Of a stretch of DNA of 27,602 nucleotides, positions 1-8,703 are shown piece after piece. This stretch comes from a virus (lineage: Duplodnaviria > Caudoviricetes). Made by a program: the position numbers and the translations under genes. The stretch is taken from IMG/VR virus record IMGVR_UViG_3300032272_000056, positions 1 to 27,602 of that record. One strand, 5' to 3'. The notes under the pieces were generated by a model. The model had not been told where the DNA came from. It saw only the letters and a list, made by a program, of their open reading frames with translations, and ran no database searches. Numbering within the stretch: position 1 is the stretch's first letter; the number at the start of each line of letters is the position of its first letter.

Positions 1-1
1 T

Positions 2-328
2 GCCAAGGTTGCAGTGTCTACCCCTAAGAAAAAAGCATTTACAAAGCCCACCCCCAAAAAGAAAGCAGCAGCAAAAAAAGTATGGATAATGATCGATGAG
101 GCTCCCGAGATGGGCAACTTCGAAACTATAGGACATAATGGCGACGTAATCCAGGTGAAGAGAGGAGTACCCGTAGAGGTCCATGAGAAGTATGTACATG
201 TCCTCGAACTTGCCGCTGGAACCACAGTGGTAGAGCGGAAAGATCCAATAACCGGGGAAAAGCTCGAGGATACAAGATCTTTTTCATCCATCCCATGGAG
301 ACTGGTTGCCCCCCCAAAGGTAGTGTAA
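2..328 (+). CDS. Phage virion-module hypothetical protein (type often found just after N4-gp56-like major capsid genes); 5'-partial
   Basis: Frame is open from base 2 to TAA 326-328, which directly abuts the next ATG at 329. Lys-rich N-terminus and a 'GHNGDVIQVKRGVPVEV...VL' segment resembling a recurrent phage head-module family (from memory). Confidence 0.7.
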   Translation, partial: AKVAVSTPKKKAFTKPTPKKKAAAKKVWIMIDEAPEMGNFETIGHNGDVIQVKRGVPVEVHEKYVHVLELAAGTTVVERKDPITGEKLEDTRSFSSIPWRLVAPPKVV

Positions 329-997
329 ATGACCAGGACGGAGATGCTGGCAGAGCTTCTTGAGGTGCTTAACGACGCTGGGGTAGATGGACAGTTTACT
401 ACATCTACCCTGTACGGATATCTCTCCGAGGGGCAGGACAAGTTCTGTGAGGAAACCGGGTATTTTACCGACTTATCTAGCTTCACTCTGACGCTTGTAG
501 AGGATATCGCTGTGTATGATATCCCAGACAGAACAATCCAGATAATGGATATATGGGACGGCGCGAGAAGACTTCAGAAAGTGCCCACAGGCAACACCAT
601 AGAGAGTACTGAGTCTTTTGGACCCTTCTCCCCAGACACTCCAGCTACCCCGAGTATGTGGAGAACTGACCAGGAGACAGGAATAATAACACTTATTCCT
701 GCCCCGGCAGCTGCAGATGCGGGCACTGTACTTGCACTCCAGGTGTGGCGGTATAGCCTGTACGACCTGGCTGAGGACGGGAAAAACCCGGAAATACCTG
801 GGCGTTTTCACCGAGCCTGTATTGAGTGGGCATCATATAAAGCGTTCAACCATCATGATATGGAGACCCAGGATCCTGTAAAAGCCGCAGACCACTTAGC
901 AAGCTTCAAAGACTACGTGAAGGACGGTAAAAAACAGCTTCAGAGGTACCAGAATCAGGAAACCAGAGTAGGTACAGCCCCAGCATACAGGACGTAA
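329..997 (+). CDS. Putative head-tail adaptor/connector protein
   Basis: 222 aa. Helical N-terminus (MTRTEMLAEL...YLSEGQDKFCEET), beta-rich middle and 'PEIPGRFHRACIEWASYKAF...D' C-terminus, typical of podovirus-type adaptors. Position in the head-tail region fits. Confidence 0.7.
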   Translation: MTRTEMLAELLEVLNDAGVDGQFTTSTLYGYLSEGQDKFCEETGYFTDLSSFTLTLVEDIAVYDIPDRTIQIMDIWDGARRLQKVPTGNTIESTESFGPFSPDTPATPSMWRTDQETGIITLIPAPAAADAGTVLALQVWRYSLYDLAEDGKNPEIPGRFHRACIEWASYKAFNHHDMETQDPVKAADHLASFKDYVKDGKKQLQRYQNQETRVGTAPAYRT

Positions 998-999
998 CC

Positions 1000-1908
1000 A
1001 TGGCGCAAGGGAAATTCAGAAACATAATGTCAGCATCCACAGGGCTTAATAACTTTGTGGACCCAACCAGACTGGAGTTTGACTTCAAGACTGGTGTTAC
1101 TGAACTTTCCCAGGCAGTCAATGTAAATATAGATAACTCTGGAAGGCCCTCACGAAGACTTGGATGGGTAGAGAAACTGACCACCGCGGCTAAGTGCGGA
1201 TTTGCATCCAGAGAAGCATGCCTGTTTGTTAGTGGTACGACTCTGTACCGCATGAAGACAGATTACACCGCCGTGGCGCTTCGCTCTGATCTTACTGTAG
1301 GGCAGCGGATGAAATATGTTGCAGTGGCTAATAGGATATACTATTCAAACGGTGTGGAGAAAGGGTATGTGTACAAAGGTACCAATTACGCATGGGAGAA
1401 AGGAAACTTCACAGTTACAGGAGACACACACCGAGTTTTCTCTGAGCCGCCTAACGGCCATCTTATTGGATGGTTTGCTACCAGGATGCTCATAGCAGTT
1501 GATAATGGATTGTTCGCTTCTGAGCCGTCTTTTTACGGTGTTTTTGATCTCCACAACAACTTTAAAATGGTACCCGACCGGGTAACCATGCTACAGCACA
1601 CACCTCAAGGTTTGTGGGTAGGTACTGACTCTCAGGTAATGTTCTATAGAGGAACTAAGTGGCGGGAGATACGAAGGGAGCCAAAGGCTGACTATGGTGT
1701 TATTGACGGATCTGATGTAGTGTGCCAGGGAGAGAAACTTGGAGCTCCGGGCAGGCCAATAATGTTTACTACACCTAAAGGAATCTGTGTTGGCAGAGAA
1801 GATGGAACACTCGAAAATATATCATATAACAAACTTACATTCCCGGCGGGGCGATACGCAAGTGCTACAATAGCCGGAGACCGGTATATTGTTTTGATTG
1901 ACCCTTAA
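1000..1908 (+). CDS. Putative tail nozzle/stabilization-like beta-propeller protein
   Basis: 302 aa. 'GLNN...L..AVNVNID.SG...RR.G' N-terminus typical of podoviral stabilization/nozzle proteins, then blade-like beta repeats (RIYYSNG, RMLIAVD, GLWVGT). Follows the adaptor. Confidence 0.6.
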   Translation: MAQGKFRNIMSASTGLNNFVDPTRLEFDFKTGVTELSQAVNVNIDNSGRPSRRLGWVEKLTTAAKCGFASREACLFVSGTTLYRMKTDYTAVALRSDLTVGQRMKYVAVANRIYYSNGVEKGYVYKGTNYAWEKGNFTVTGDTHRVFSEPPNGHLIGWFATRMLIAVDNGLFASEPSFYGVFDLHNNFKMVPDRVTMLQHTPQGLWVGTDSQVMFYRGTKWREIRREPKADYGVIDGSDVVCQGEKLGAPGRPIMFTTPKGICVGREDGTLENISYNKLTFPAGRYASATIAGDRYIVLIDP

Positions 1909-1920
1909 AAGGAGAACAAC

Positions 1921-2661
1921 ATGACTGCTCGATTATCAACTGGTTTGCGGAACGCAATGCTGACTAGCAACAGTTACCCAGAAAATCTAGTTACAGGAAC
2001 AACTTTTGCCTTCGAAGACGGTACTGGCACAGGTGGTGCAGATAGGATAACGGACTCAGGTAGTGGCTTTGTCTCTGCTGGATACGAGGTAGGTGACTAC
2101 ATCACAGTAGCAGGATCAACTTCAAACAACATTTCCGGTGTGAAGGTTTCAGCAGTTGCCGCTGGGTACCTGGAGATACCTGCTGCGTCGCTCACTACCG
2201 AGGCTGCTGGGGATCAAGTAATTATTGCGTCCAGTACTGGTGGCGGGTCAATGGATGAGCTGCTTAGAAATGGGGTTATCGAGGTATATACGGGCACCCA
2301 GCCAGCGACTGCTGACCTTGCAGAGTCTGGGACTAAGCTCTTACGTATCACCATTGCAAGTGGAGCGTTCGTATCAGGAACAGCAACTAATGGGTTAAAC
2401 CTCGCTACCGCTGCGAGCGGGGTGTCTTCCAAAGAATCTGCTGAGGTGTGGAGTGGTGTAGGACTGGCAGCAGGTACTGCCGGATGGTTCAGGTATTACT
2501 CAAATTCCTATGAAACTGGTGCATCTACTACGGCCATTCGTTTTGATGGTGTTTGCGGTGTAGGTACTGGGGAGCTTAGAATGTCCACACTTACTGTTGC
2601 ATCTGGTGCGACTTCTACGGTGGATACCGGAACAATCACCCAGCCTGCGTACGCAGCGTAA
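1921..2661 (+). CDS. Phage virion structural protein (fibre-associated, beta-rich) with an inserted domain
   Basis: 246 aa with SD AGGAG. Motifs 'LSTGLRNAML', 'IEVYTGTQPATAD', 'GTAGWFR', 'RFDGVCG'. Gly/Thr/Ala/Ser-rich. Confidence 0.65.
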   Translation: MTARLSTGLRNAMLTSNSYPENLVTGTTFAFEDGTGTGGADRITDSGSGFVSAGYEVGDYITVAGSTSNNISGVKVSAVAAGYLEIPAASLTTEAAGDQVIIASSTGGGSMDELLRNGVIEVYTGTQPATADLAESGTKLLRITIASGAFVSGTATNGLNLATAASGVSSKESAEVWSGVGLAAGTAGWFRYYSNSYETGASTTAIRFDGVCGVGTGELRMSTLTVASGATSTVDTGTITQPAYAA

Positions 2662-2672
2662 GGAGGTATATT

Positions 2673-3113
2673 ATGGCAGCGTCTACGTTTGCTATTTTTC
2701 ACACATTCAAAGCTAGAGAGGGGCAAAAGCTCCTGGACATGGATACCGACGATATTAAGTGCGCTTTGCTGGACTCGGGATGGACACCATCTTTGTCTGC
2801 CGATGCTGATTGGGCTGATATCAGTGCTAATGAGATATCCCAGACTGGGTATACTGCTGGAGGTCTATCAGTCACAAGCCTTTCGTATGCTAACGTTGCT
2901 GGTACAGTCACATTCGACTGCGATGACCCTGCATGGACCGCAGGAGCTGGAGGTATTGCTGCTAGGTATTGCGTTTTCTATGATAACACAGACACAGCTA
3001 AGACACTGATCTGCTACAGTCTTCTTGATGACTCTCCTGCGGATCATAGTGTACTCGAAGGGCAGATTTTCTTGATTACGTTACCAGCCACAGGAATTTT
3101 TCAGAAGGCATAG
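2673..3113 (+). CDS. Small phage tail-fibre-associated structural protein
   Basis: 146 aa with strong SD AAGGAGGT. Motifs 'DMDTDDIKCALL', 'NEIS.TGYTAGG', 'TFDCDD..WT', 'ARYCVFY' match a widespread family found upstream of phage fibre genes. Confidence 0.7.
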   Translation: MAASTFAIFHTFKAREGQKLLDMDTDDIKCALLDSGWTPSLSADADWADISANEISQTGYTAGGLSVTSLSYANVAGTVTFDCDDPAWTAGAGGIAARYCVFYDNTDTAKTLICYSLLDDSPADHSVLEGQIFLITLPATGIFQKA

Positions 3114-3126
3114 AGAGGCATAACTA

Positions 3127-4761
3127 ATGGCTATAACGTTCGTAGGTAGTGCCACAGGAAGTACGGGTACTTCTGGAGATGCCAGTTTTACTATCACTCT
3201 TCCGGCAACTCAAGAGAACGATATAGTCATAGTTGCAGTAGGATGGTCTAGCCCTAGCGATGATGCTCCGGGGGTGTCTACTTCGGGGTACACTGAAATT
3301 GCTGAAATTTATGCAGATGACAACGCAGACGCTAATCTGTCAGTTAGCTGGAAACTGATGGGGGCTACCCCAGATACAGAGGTTATATGTCTTACTAGGA
3401 ACAGTGTAAACGTTGACTCAGTAGGAATTGCCTATGTATTTAGAGGAGTAGACACGGCCAGCCCTATTGACGTAAGCGCTACCACCGCTACAGGAACTAA
3501 CTCTGCTGTACCTGACCCAGCCAGCATTACCCCTACTACTGCTGGTGCTTTTGTTGTTGCATGCGGGCTGGGAACTGCCTCCTACGCCGCTGGAGACTCG
3601 TCGGTCACGCCTCCAGCCGGATATACAAATGGTGTCTCCATCCCATCAGTATATTGCTCCTATGGGTGTACACTAGCAGTAGCTAGTAAGGCATGGTCAG
3701 GTAGTGGGGCAGAAGACCCAGCAGCTTGGACTGGTTGGACTACTAGCAGCTTGGACTCTTGGGGTGCAGTCACAGTAGCTTTGCGGCCTATAGTGCTAAT
3801 AGAACCACCATCAGGTAGCTTAACCATAACAGGATCAGCGCCAGCCATAGGAGTAGCCCCCGCCTCAGTGTCTTTGGCTCTTACTGGTAAAACTCCTACA
3901 GTAGGTACTGCTGTACCTGTAGCACCATTAACAGGATCATTAACCTTCACAGGTCAGATACCAGTACCACTGGTAGCCGTACCAGTTTACCCAGCCACAG
4001 ATCAAATAGCTTATACTGGGTTCACCCCACAGCTCCTCTACAATAGACTTAACGTAACTCTACCAGCTATATCTGCATACTTCGAGGCCACTGGCGCGTC
4101 AGCAAGCTTACAAGTTACCCTCCCAGGTATCTTGTTTGAAGCAGATATGGGTCAGCCTTCATGGTTGCAGGTAGAGCTTCCACCCTTTGCTCTAGAGTTT
4201 TTCTCAGGTAGCAGCCTTGGGATAGATCTGCCTGTACCAGAGTTAGCCCTTACAGCTGTTACCGGGGCAACATGCGCTCTGGATGTTATACTACCATCGC
4301 TTTCTTTTTTGGCCAAAACAGGATCCAAGTTAAGCATAGATATACCAGTTATGGACGCACTGTTCACAGGGACTTCTGGAACAGCCGGCGGCTTAGTGGT
4401 GGCACTTCCCCCTATCTCAGCGTTGTTTGAAGCACAGGTGGAGACCCTAGGGCAACTGGAAATAACCCTACCAGCCATACAGACATTGTTCACACTGCAA
4501 CAGGATATCCTTAGTAGCCTAGTTGTAGGGCTTCCGCCAGTATCATGTTTATTTGAGGCGTCTGTGGGCAATGTGGCCACACTTAGTGTAGGTCTCCCAG
4601 CCCTGGAGGTACTGTTCACACAGTATGAGAATATCACGGGGAGCATGATTGTTGAACTGCCTGCCATTAAAGCCTTCCTGGAGATGAGCCACTCTGGTAG
4701 ATTTGATACTTCCACCGCAGCTGAGATAGCCAATGTTATTCTTAAGTGGAGACGACCATAA
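3127..4761 (+). CDS. Putative tail fibre/receptor-binding protein: N-terminal globular beta domain plus repeat-rich shaft
   Basis: 544 aa with SD GAGG. About 220-aa Ser/Thr/Gly-rich N-domain, 4 'P..GSL..TG..P' repeats, 11 'L.V.LP' repeats and a short basic C-terminus. Confidence 0.65.
   Translation: MAITFVGSATGSTGTSGDASFTITLPATQENDIVIVAVGWSSPSDDAPGVSTSGYTEIAEIYADDNADANLSVSWKLMGATPDTEVICLTRNSVNVDSVGIAYVFRGVDTASPIDVSATTATGTNSAVPDPASITPTTAGAFVVACGLGTASYAAGDSSVTPPAGYTNGVSIPSVYCSYGCTLAVASKAWSGSGAEDPAAWTGWTTSSLDSWGAVTVALRPIVLIEPPSGSLTITGSAPAIGVAPASVSLALTGKTPTVGTAVPVAPLTGSLTFTGQIPVPLVAVPVYPATDQIAYTGFTPQLLYNRLNVTLPAISAYFEATGASASLQVTLPGILFEADMGQPSWLQVELPPFALEFFSGSSLGIDLPVPELALTAVTGATCALDVILPSLSFLAKTGSKLSIDIPVMDALFTGTSGTAGGLVVALPPISALFEAQVETLGQLEITLPAIQTLFTLQQDILSSLVVGLPPVSCLFEASVGNVATLSVGLPALEVLFTQYENITGSMIVELPAIKAFLEMSHSGRFDTSTAAEIANVILKWRRP
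3799..4698 (+). repeat. Degenerate amino-acid repeats in the fibre: 4 class-1 (3799-~4044) and 11 class-2 (4048-~4698)
   Basis: Class 1: IEPPSGSLTITGSAP, VAPASVSLALTGKTP, VAPLTGSLTFTGQIP, VYPATDQIAYTGFTP. Class 2: LNVTLP, LQVTLP, LQVELP, LGIDLP, LDVILP, LSIDIP, LVVALP, LEITLP, LVVGLP, LSVGLP, MIVELP, spaced about 17-21 aa. Confidence 0.85.
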
Positions 4762-5249
4762 TGAGTGACAGGTTAACTGTAGCAGTAAACTTGCCCAACA
4801 AAGCCCCCAGCCAGTACTTTGGCGTAGACTTTAACTCCGTGGTAGAGTTTAACGGGAAGCTTGTTTACTTCGGAGACGCAGGGGTATTTGAAGAGGGCGG
4901 AGACACAGACGATGGCTCAGATATCACTGCGTGGTTTAACTCACCACTGCATGATTTTGGGCGCAGAGAACAGAAAGGCATCGAAGCTTTTGGGTTAGGG
5001 TATGAGTCAGATGGGGACTTATCCTTTACACTTTACGGAGCTGAGAATGACACCCATGCCAGGACATATACCATAGAGCCAGTACGATCAGGCCAAGTGC
5101 AGCAAGACCATATGCAGACTTTGAAGAAGTATAAGTATGGAAAGTCCAGGTACTGGATGGTTCAAATTAAGAACATAGATGGGAGTGACTTCTCAGTAGA
5201 CAGCATTGATCTGGCAGTAGTCATATACAAGCGGAGGTCACTTCCTTGA
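4761..5249 (+). CDS. Phage tail structural protein resembling the C-terminal part of stabilization/nozzle proteins
   Basis: Likely start is ATG 4761 (TAATG overlap, SD GGAGA), not GTG 4746. Motifs 'FNSVVEFNG', 'DFG...K', 'RYW.V.I.N..G.DF'. Confidence 0.6.
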   Translation: MSDRLTVAVNLPNKAPSQYFGVDFNSVVEFNGKLVYFGDAGVFEEGGDTDDGSDITAWFNSPLHDFGRREQKGIEAFGLGYESDGDLSFTLYGAENDTHARTYTIEPVRSGQVQQDHMQTLKKYKYGKSRYWMVQIKNIDGSDFSVDSIDLAVVIYKRRSLP

Positions 5250-6679
5250 TACGGACTACTACGATAGAGCTGACAGGAGATAAGTATAAGGCAGAACAGT
5301 TATCTCTTGCGCACACTAATCGACTACTCCACATATTTCGAAATTCCAATAGCTTTAACAATCTCCTTACAAATACCCACCTGGAGAACTTCTACGACGA
5401 TACAGGTAAGTTTGTGGGAAGCATTCACTTAGCTACTAATCACGGCATTGAGGTGGTAACTGTTAACATGCTGTCTGGTGGGGAGAAAGAACTAGAGAAA
5501 ACAGAGACCTACGATATGATAGTTCCACTTATGCGCAGCTCTGACAATAAATACTGGGTAGCCTGTTTAAGTGGTACTTTTGAAGGACCTTACTATGTGT
5601 TTGAGAACACTCAGGACATCTCCGCAGAGGAAATGGACGATAATGTGGAGAGTGAACTCGACGGTAGAATGATATCTATGGGGGCTGCCCCAATAAATGG
5701 GGTGCCCAATCCCCGGTTGTTTTTTATTGCACAGACAGGTATTCGACCGGAGTACTCTGATGTAGAATATGACGACAGCGGAGCTCCAGATCCTCCTAAG
5801 TATTGGGATAATCTAACACTGACTGAGCAAAAAGATTACGTTACATCGTATGAAGCTTTTTGCTGCCCTGAACATAGTTTTGCCACTATAGAGGCAGTAG
5901 TAGACTACTCGTACTCTTACTCGTACAACGAGTACTTAACAGTAAGAGGCGTTCAGTTGGACATGGTTCAGGGTCTGATCTCCCATAGTGAAGTAGAAGA
6001 CGCCACATACCAATATGGCCATTTTTCAGTAGTTCCTTGTGAGCAAGCGGACCTAGATGTAATAACAGAGTACTGGGAGACCAACACACATGACGAACTT
6101 TTTTTTATATATGACTCTAGCGCCATTAACAGTCACTCGGAGGCAGATGAGTTCAGTGTTGGGTGGGACAGTTTTCGTGTCGATGAAGGGTCGAGCTCTA
6201 ACTTTTGTGCTACGTACAACACCCGGCACAGAATAGCAACAGTATCGTATACCATGGACTATATAGAGTGCGCATATAACGAGGATGACGGATATGAATC
6301 TTCAGACGATGTTACTACAGCTAATTATTTTCAGGTAGGATCGCATGTTTACACCATAGCTGAAGAGCGAGTAAACACCATTCCTCCTGAGTTTTCTACC
6401 GGGGAAAATATGATGAAGTACTACGGGCCTGAATCGTCTGTAAAAGAGACTGCTATAGCTGCGGCCGTAGTTCAGGTTCCTGGAGTAGACTCAATGTCAT
6501 ATTTCTACGTGAGTGGCAGAAGCTATTATGAGCTTACAACAACTACCTTTTCAGACTACTCGCATCTCGGGCATGCTATCCCAGATTTAGTTGGTGTAGA
6601 CGCAGATACTTTATTTGGAGGAGAGATATTCCTTGGAGCGATAAGACTTTCCAGCACTATGGTGGCAACCAAAACTTAA
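5246..6679 (+). CDS. Acidic Tyr-rich virion/tail protein of unknown function
   Basis: 477 aa. TTG start overlaps the upstream TGA, SD GGAGGT. Very Asp/Glu/Tyr-rich, inside the structural operon. Confidence 0.6.
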   Translation: MIRTTTIELTGDKYKAEQLSLAHTNRLLHIFRNSNSFNNLLTNTHLENFYDDTGKFVGSIHLATNHGIEVVTVNMLSGGEKELEKTETYDMIVPLMRSSDNKYWVACLSGTFEGPYYVFENTQDISAEEMDDNVESELDGRMISMGAAPINGVPNPRLFFIAQTGIRPEYSDVEYDDSGAPDPPKYWDNLTLTEQKDYVTSYEAFCCPEHSFATIEAVVDYSYSYSYNEYLTVRGVQLDMVQGLISHSEVEDATYQYGHFSVVPCEQADLDVITEYWETNTHDELFFIYDSSAINSHSEADEFSVGWDSFRVDEGSSSNFCATYNTRHRIATVSYTMDYIECAYNEDDGYESSDDVTTANYFQVGSHVYTIAEERVNTIPPEFSTGENMMKYYGPESSVKETAIAAAVVQVPGVDSMSYFYVSGRSYYELTTTTFSDYSHLGHAIPDLVGVDADTLFGGEIFLGAIRLSSTMVATKT

Positions 6680-6682
6680 CTA

Positions 6683-6711
6683 TTCCAAACAGAGTAGAAT
6701 TGTAGTATAAT
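6683..6711 (+). promoter_or_regulatory. Putative sigma70-type promoter upstream of the ejection-protein genes
   Basis: TTCCAA (6683-6688), 17 bp spacer, TATAAT (6706-6711) in the only sizeable AT-rich intergenic gap of the structural block. SD GGAG before ATG 6745. Confidence 0.55.
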
Positions 6712-6744
6712 TATTGTACTATAGTAAAAATTTGGAGATTATAA

Positions 6745-8688
6745 ATGGGTGGAGCAGTAAATACATACTGGACAAATGATCCAGACGTAGGGCTTGCTGG
6801 GGATCTTGTTGAAGCAAGGTTTGGTATGTCTAGTGCTTTAGTTGACCTATACAACAGTCAGTCTACAAGCGCGCTGAACTCTTTGTCCGGGTATAGCTTC
6901 GCTATACCACTGGAGAACCTCGACCTTGAGTCTTTGACAGCAGTAGAGCACCCCAACATAGGGGATGCCCCGGCGCCTGATGCCGTGGCACCATACGAAA
7001 GTCAGATGCAAGAGGTTACGTTTTCTGACCTGGAAGCTTTACGGGCAGCACTTGGCCTTGTGGAAGTTACTCTTGACCAAGTAACCTTGCCAGTGCTCAG
7101 TGCCATAGAACCTACAGTAAACCTACCGGATGCTCCTGACGATGTGCTTCCTGACGTGCCTGTAGACGTACCTGTACCAGAGGAAGTAGTACTTCCAACC
7201 ACCCCTGATATTGACCTCCCAGCTGTACCAGTGCTAGAGGAGATTACTCTTCCTGCGGTTCCAGTAATTGAGAATGTTACTTTTGAGGCCACGCTGCCTA
7301 CTGCAGACTTAACACCTCCAGAGCCAATGTTCATCTATGACGAGGCTACATACCAGTCAGACCTCGCTGATGCGGTTAAAACGAAGCTATATAACGACAT
7401 TACCCTCGGTGGAACTGGCCTAGATTCTGCTGTTGAGCAGGCCATATGGGATAGGGCATTGTCAAGGATAAACATAGAGCTTGACAAAACGAACCAGCAA
7501 GTGCTAACGAACTGGGAAGCGTGGAACCAAGAGATGCCTGATGGCGTTCTCTCTGGAGCGTTACAGGAAGTAGCCTTTGAAAATAGTAGAACTCTCCTTG
7601 ATCTGGACCGAGATATTCTGAAGCAGCAAGCAGACCTTGCGCAGGCCAACACTCATTTTGCCATCACTAGTGGAATGGTGTATGAGAAGCAGATAATGGA
7701 CTTCACCAACCAGGCTAATCAGAGAGCCTTTGAGGCAGCCAAGTTCAGAGTTCAAGCTGTTATCGATGCCTTCAATGTTAAGGTGCTTTCATTCAACGCC
7801 AGGATGGATGGGTACAAAGTACAAGCCCAGGTTTTTGAGGCCCGTATTCGTGCAGAGCTTGCATCTGTAGAGCTATACAGGGCACAGATGGAGGGTGCAA
7901 AGATCCATGGTGAGCTGCAGGCCCAGAAGGTAGCCATATATACTGCTAGGGTAGGTGCACTTAACACCTTGATCGACCTGTATCAGGCACAGATGGAAGG
8001 TGCCAAACTGCAGATAGAAGTAGATAGATCTAGGGTTGACGTTTTTCGGGCACAAGTGGACGCAGTGGTAGCTCAGATTGGAGGCATAACGGCTAAATAC
8101 GGACTATACCAGTCTAAGATCGCAGGAGAGGTTTCCAAGGTCGAGCTGTACAGTAAGCAGGTAGACGCATTCGCTACACAGGTCAGCGCGTCCAAGACTG
8201 AAGCCGACATAAACTTGGCCGAAACACAGGCTCAAATAGAGTCAAATAAAGATAAGATATCAATACTCAATGCTGCTATAGACAAATATAAAGCTGACTC
8301 TGACTATGAAATAGGAAAGGAAGAAGTAGGCTCAAGGGTCTACACTGCTCAGATCGGAGGATACACAGCTGAGGTTGGCCGTGAAGAATCATATATAAAA
8401 GCATCAGTTGACTCATACAGGGCGCAGGTAAGCGAAGTTATGGCCAGGGCAGAGTTGGTCATAAAAGAGATGGATGCAAACCTCAGGGCAGCTACGGCTG
8501 CGCAAGAGATAGCTATGGAAGCACTAAAAGGCGCAGCTCAGGTACAGGCGCAGAAAATAGCCAGTGCGCTTTCCAGTGTATCTGCATCAGCGCAGATAGG
8601 GTTTAATGGAAGTATCTCTGACGCCTACAGTCGGCAGGAATCTTCGAGTGATAACTACAACCTTAATCACAATTGGAACTATTCATAA
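6745..8688 (+). CDS. Putative internal virion/ejection or tail-associated coiled-coil protein
   Basis: 647 aa. Acidic Pro/Val-rich linker, then a long Ala/Gln-rich helical region with a 35-aa repeat (LYRAQMEGAK/LYQAQMEGAK; GGCACAGATGGA at 7881 and 7986). Confidence 0.6.
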   Translation: MGGAVNTYWTNDPDVGLAGDLVEARFGMSSALVDLYNSQSTSALNSLSGYSFAIPLENLDLESLTAVEHPNIGDAPAPDAVAPYESQMQEVTFSDLEALRAALGLVEVTLDQVTLPVLSAIEPTVNLPDAPDDVLPDVPVDVPVPEEVVLPTTPDIDLPAVPVLEEITLPAVPVIENVTFEATLPTADLTPPEPMFIYDEATYQSDLADAVKTKLYNDITLGGTGLDSAVEQAIWDRALSRINIELDKTNQQVLTNWEAWNQEMPDGVLSGALQEVAFENSRTLLDLDRDILKQQADLAQANTHFAITSGMVYEKQIMDFTNQANQRAFEAAKFRVQAVIDAFNVKVLSFNARMDGYKVQAQVFEARIRAELASVELYRAQMEGAKIHGELQAQKVAIYTARVGALNTLIDLYQAQMEGAKLQIEVDRSRVDVFRAQVDAVVAQIGGITAKYGLYQSKIAGEVSKVELYSKQVDAFATQVSASKTEADINLAETQAQIESNKDKISILNAAIDKYKADSDYEIGKEEVGSRVYTAQIGGYTAEVGREESYIKASVDSYRAQVSEVMARAELVIKEMDANLRAATAAQEIAMEALKGAAQVQAQKIASALSSVSASAQIGFNGSISDAYSRQESSSDNYNLNHNWNYS

Positions 8689-8703
8689 TACGAGGTATTT
8701 AAC

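Noticed and set aside
8686-8703. TAATACGA resembling the start of a T7 promoter
   Set aside because: Only 8 nt match, the rest is an SD (GAGGT), there is no second copy, and no phage RNA polymerase is in the window.
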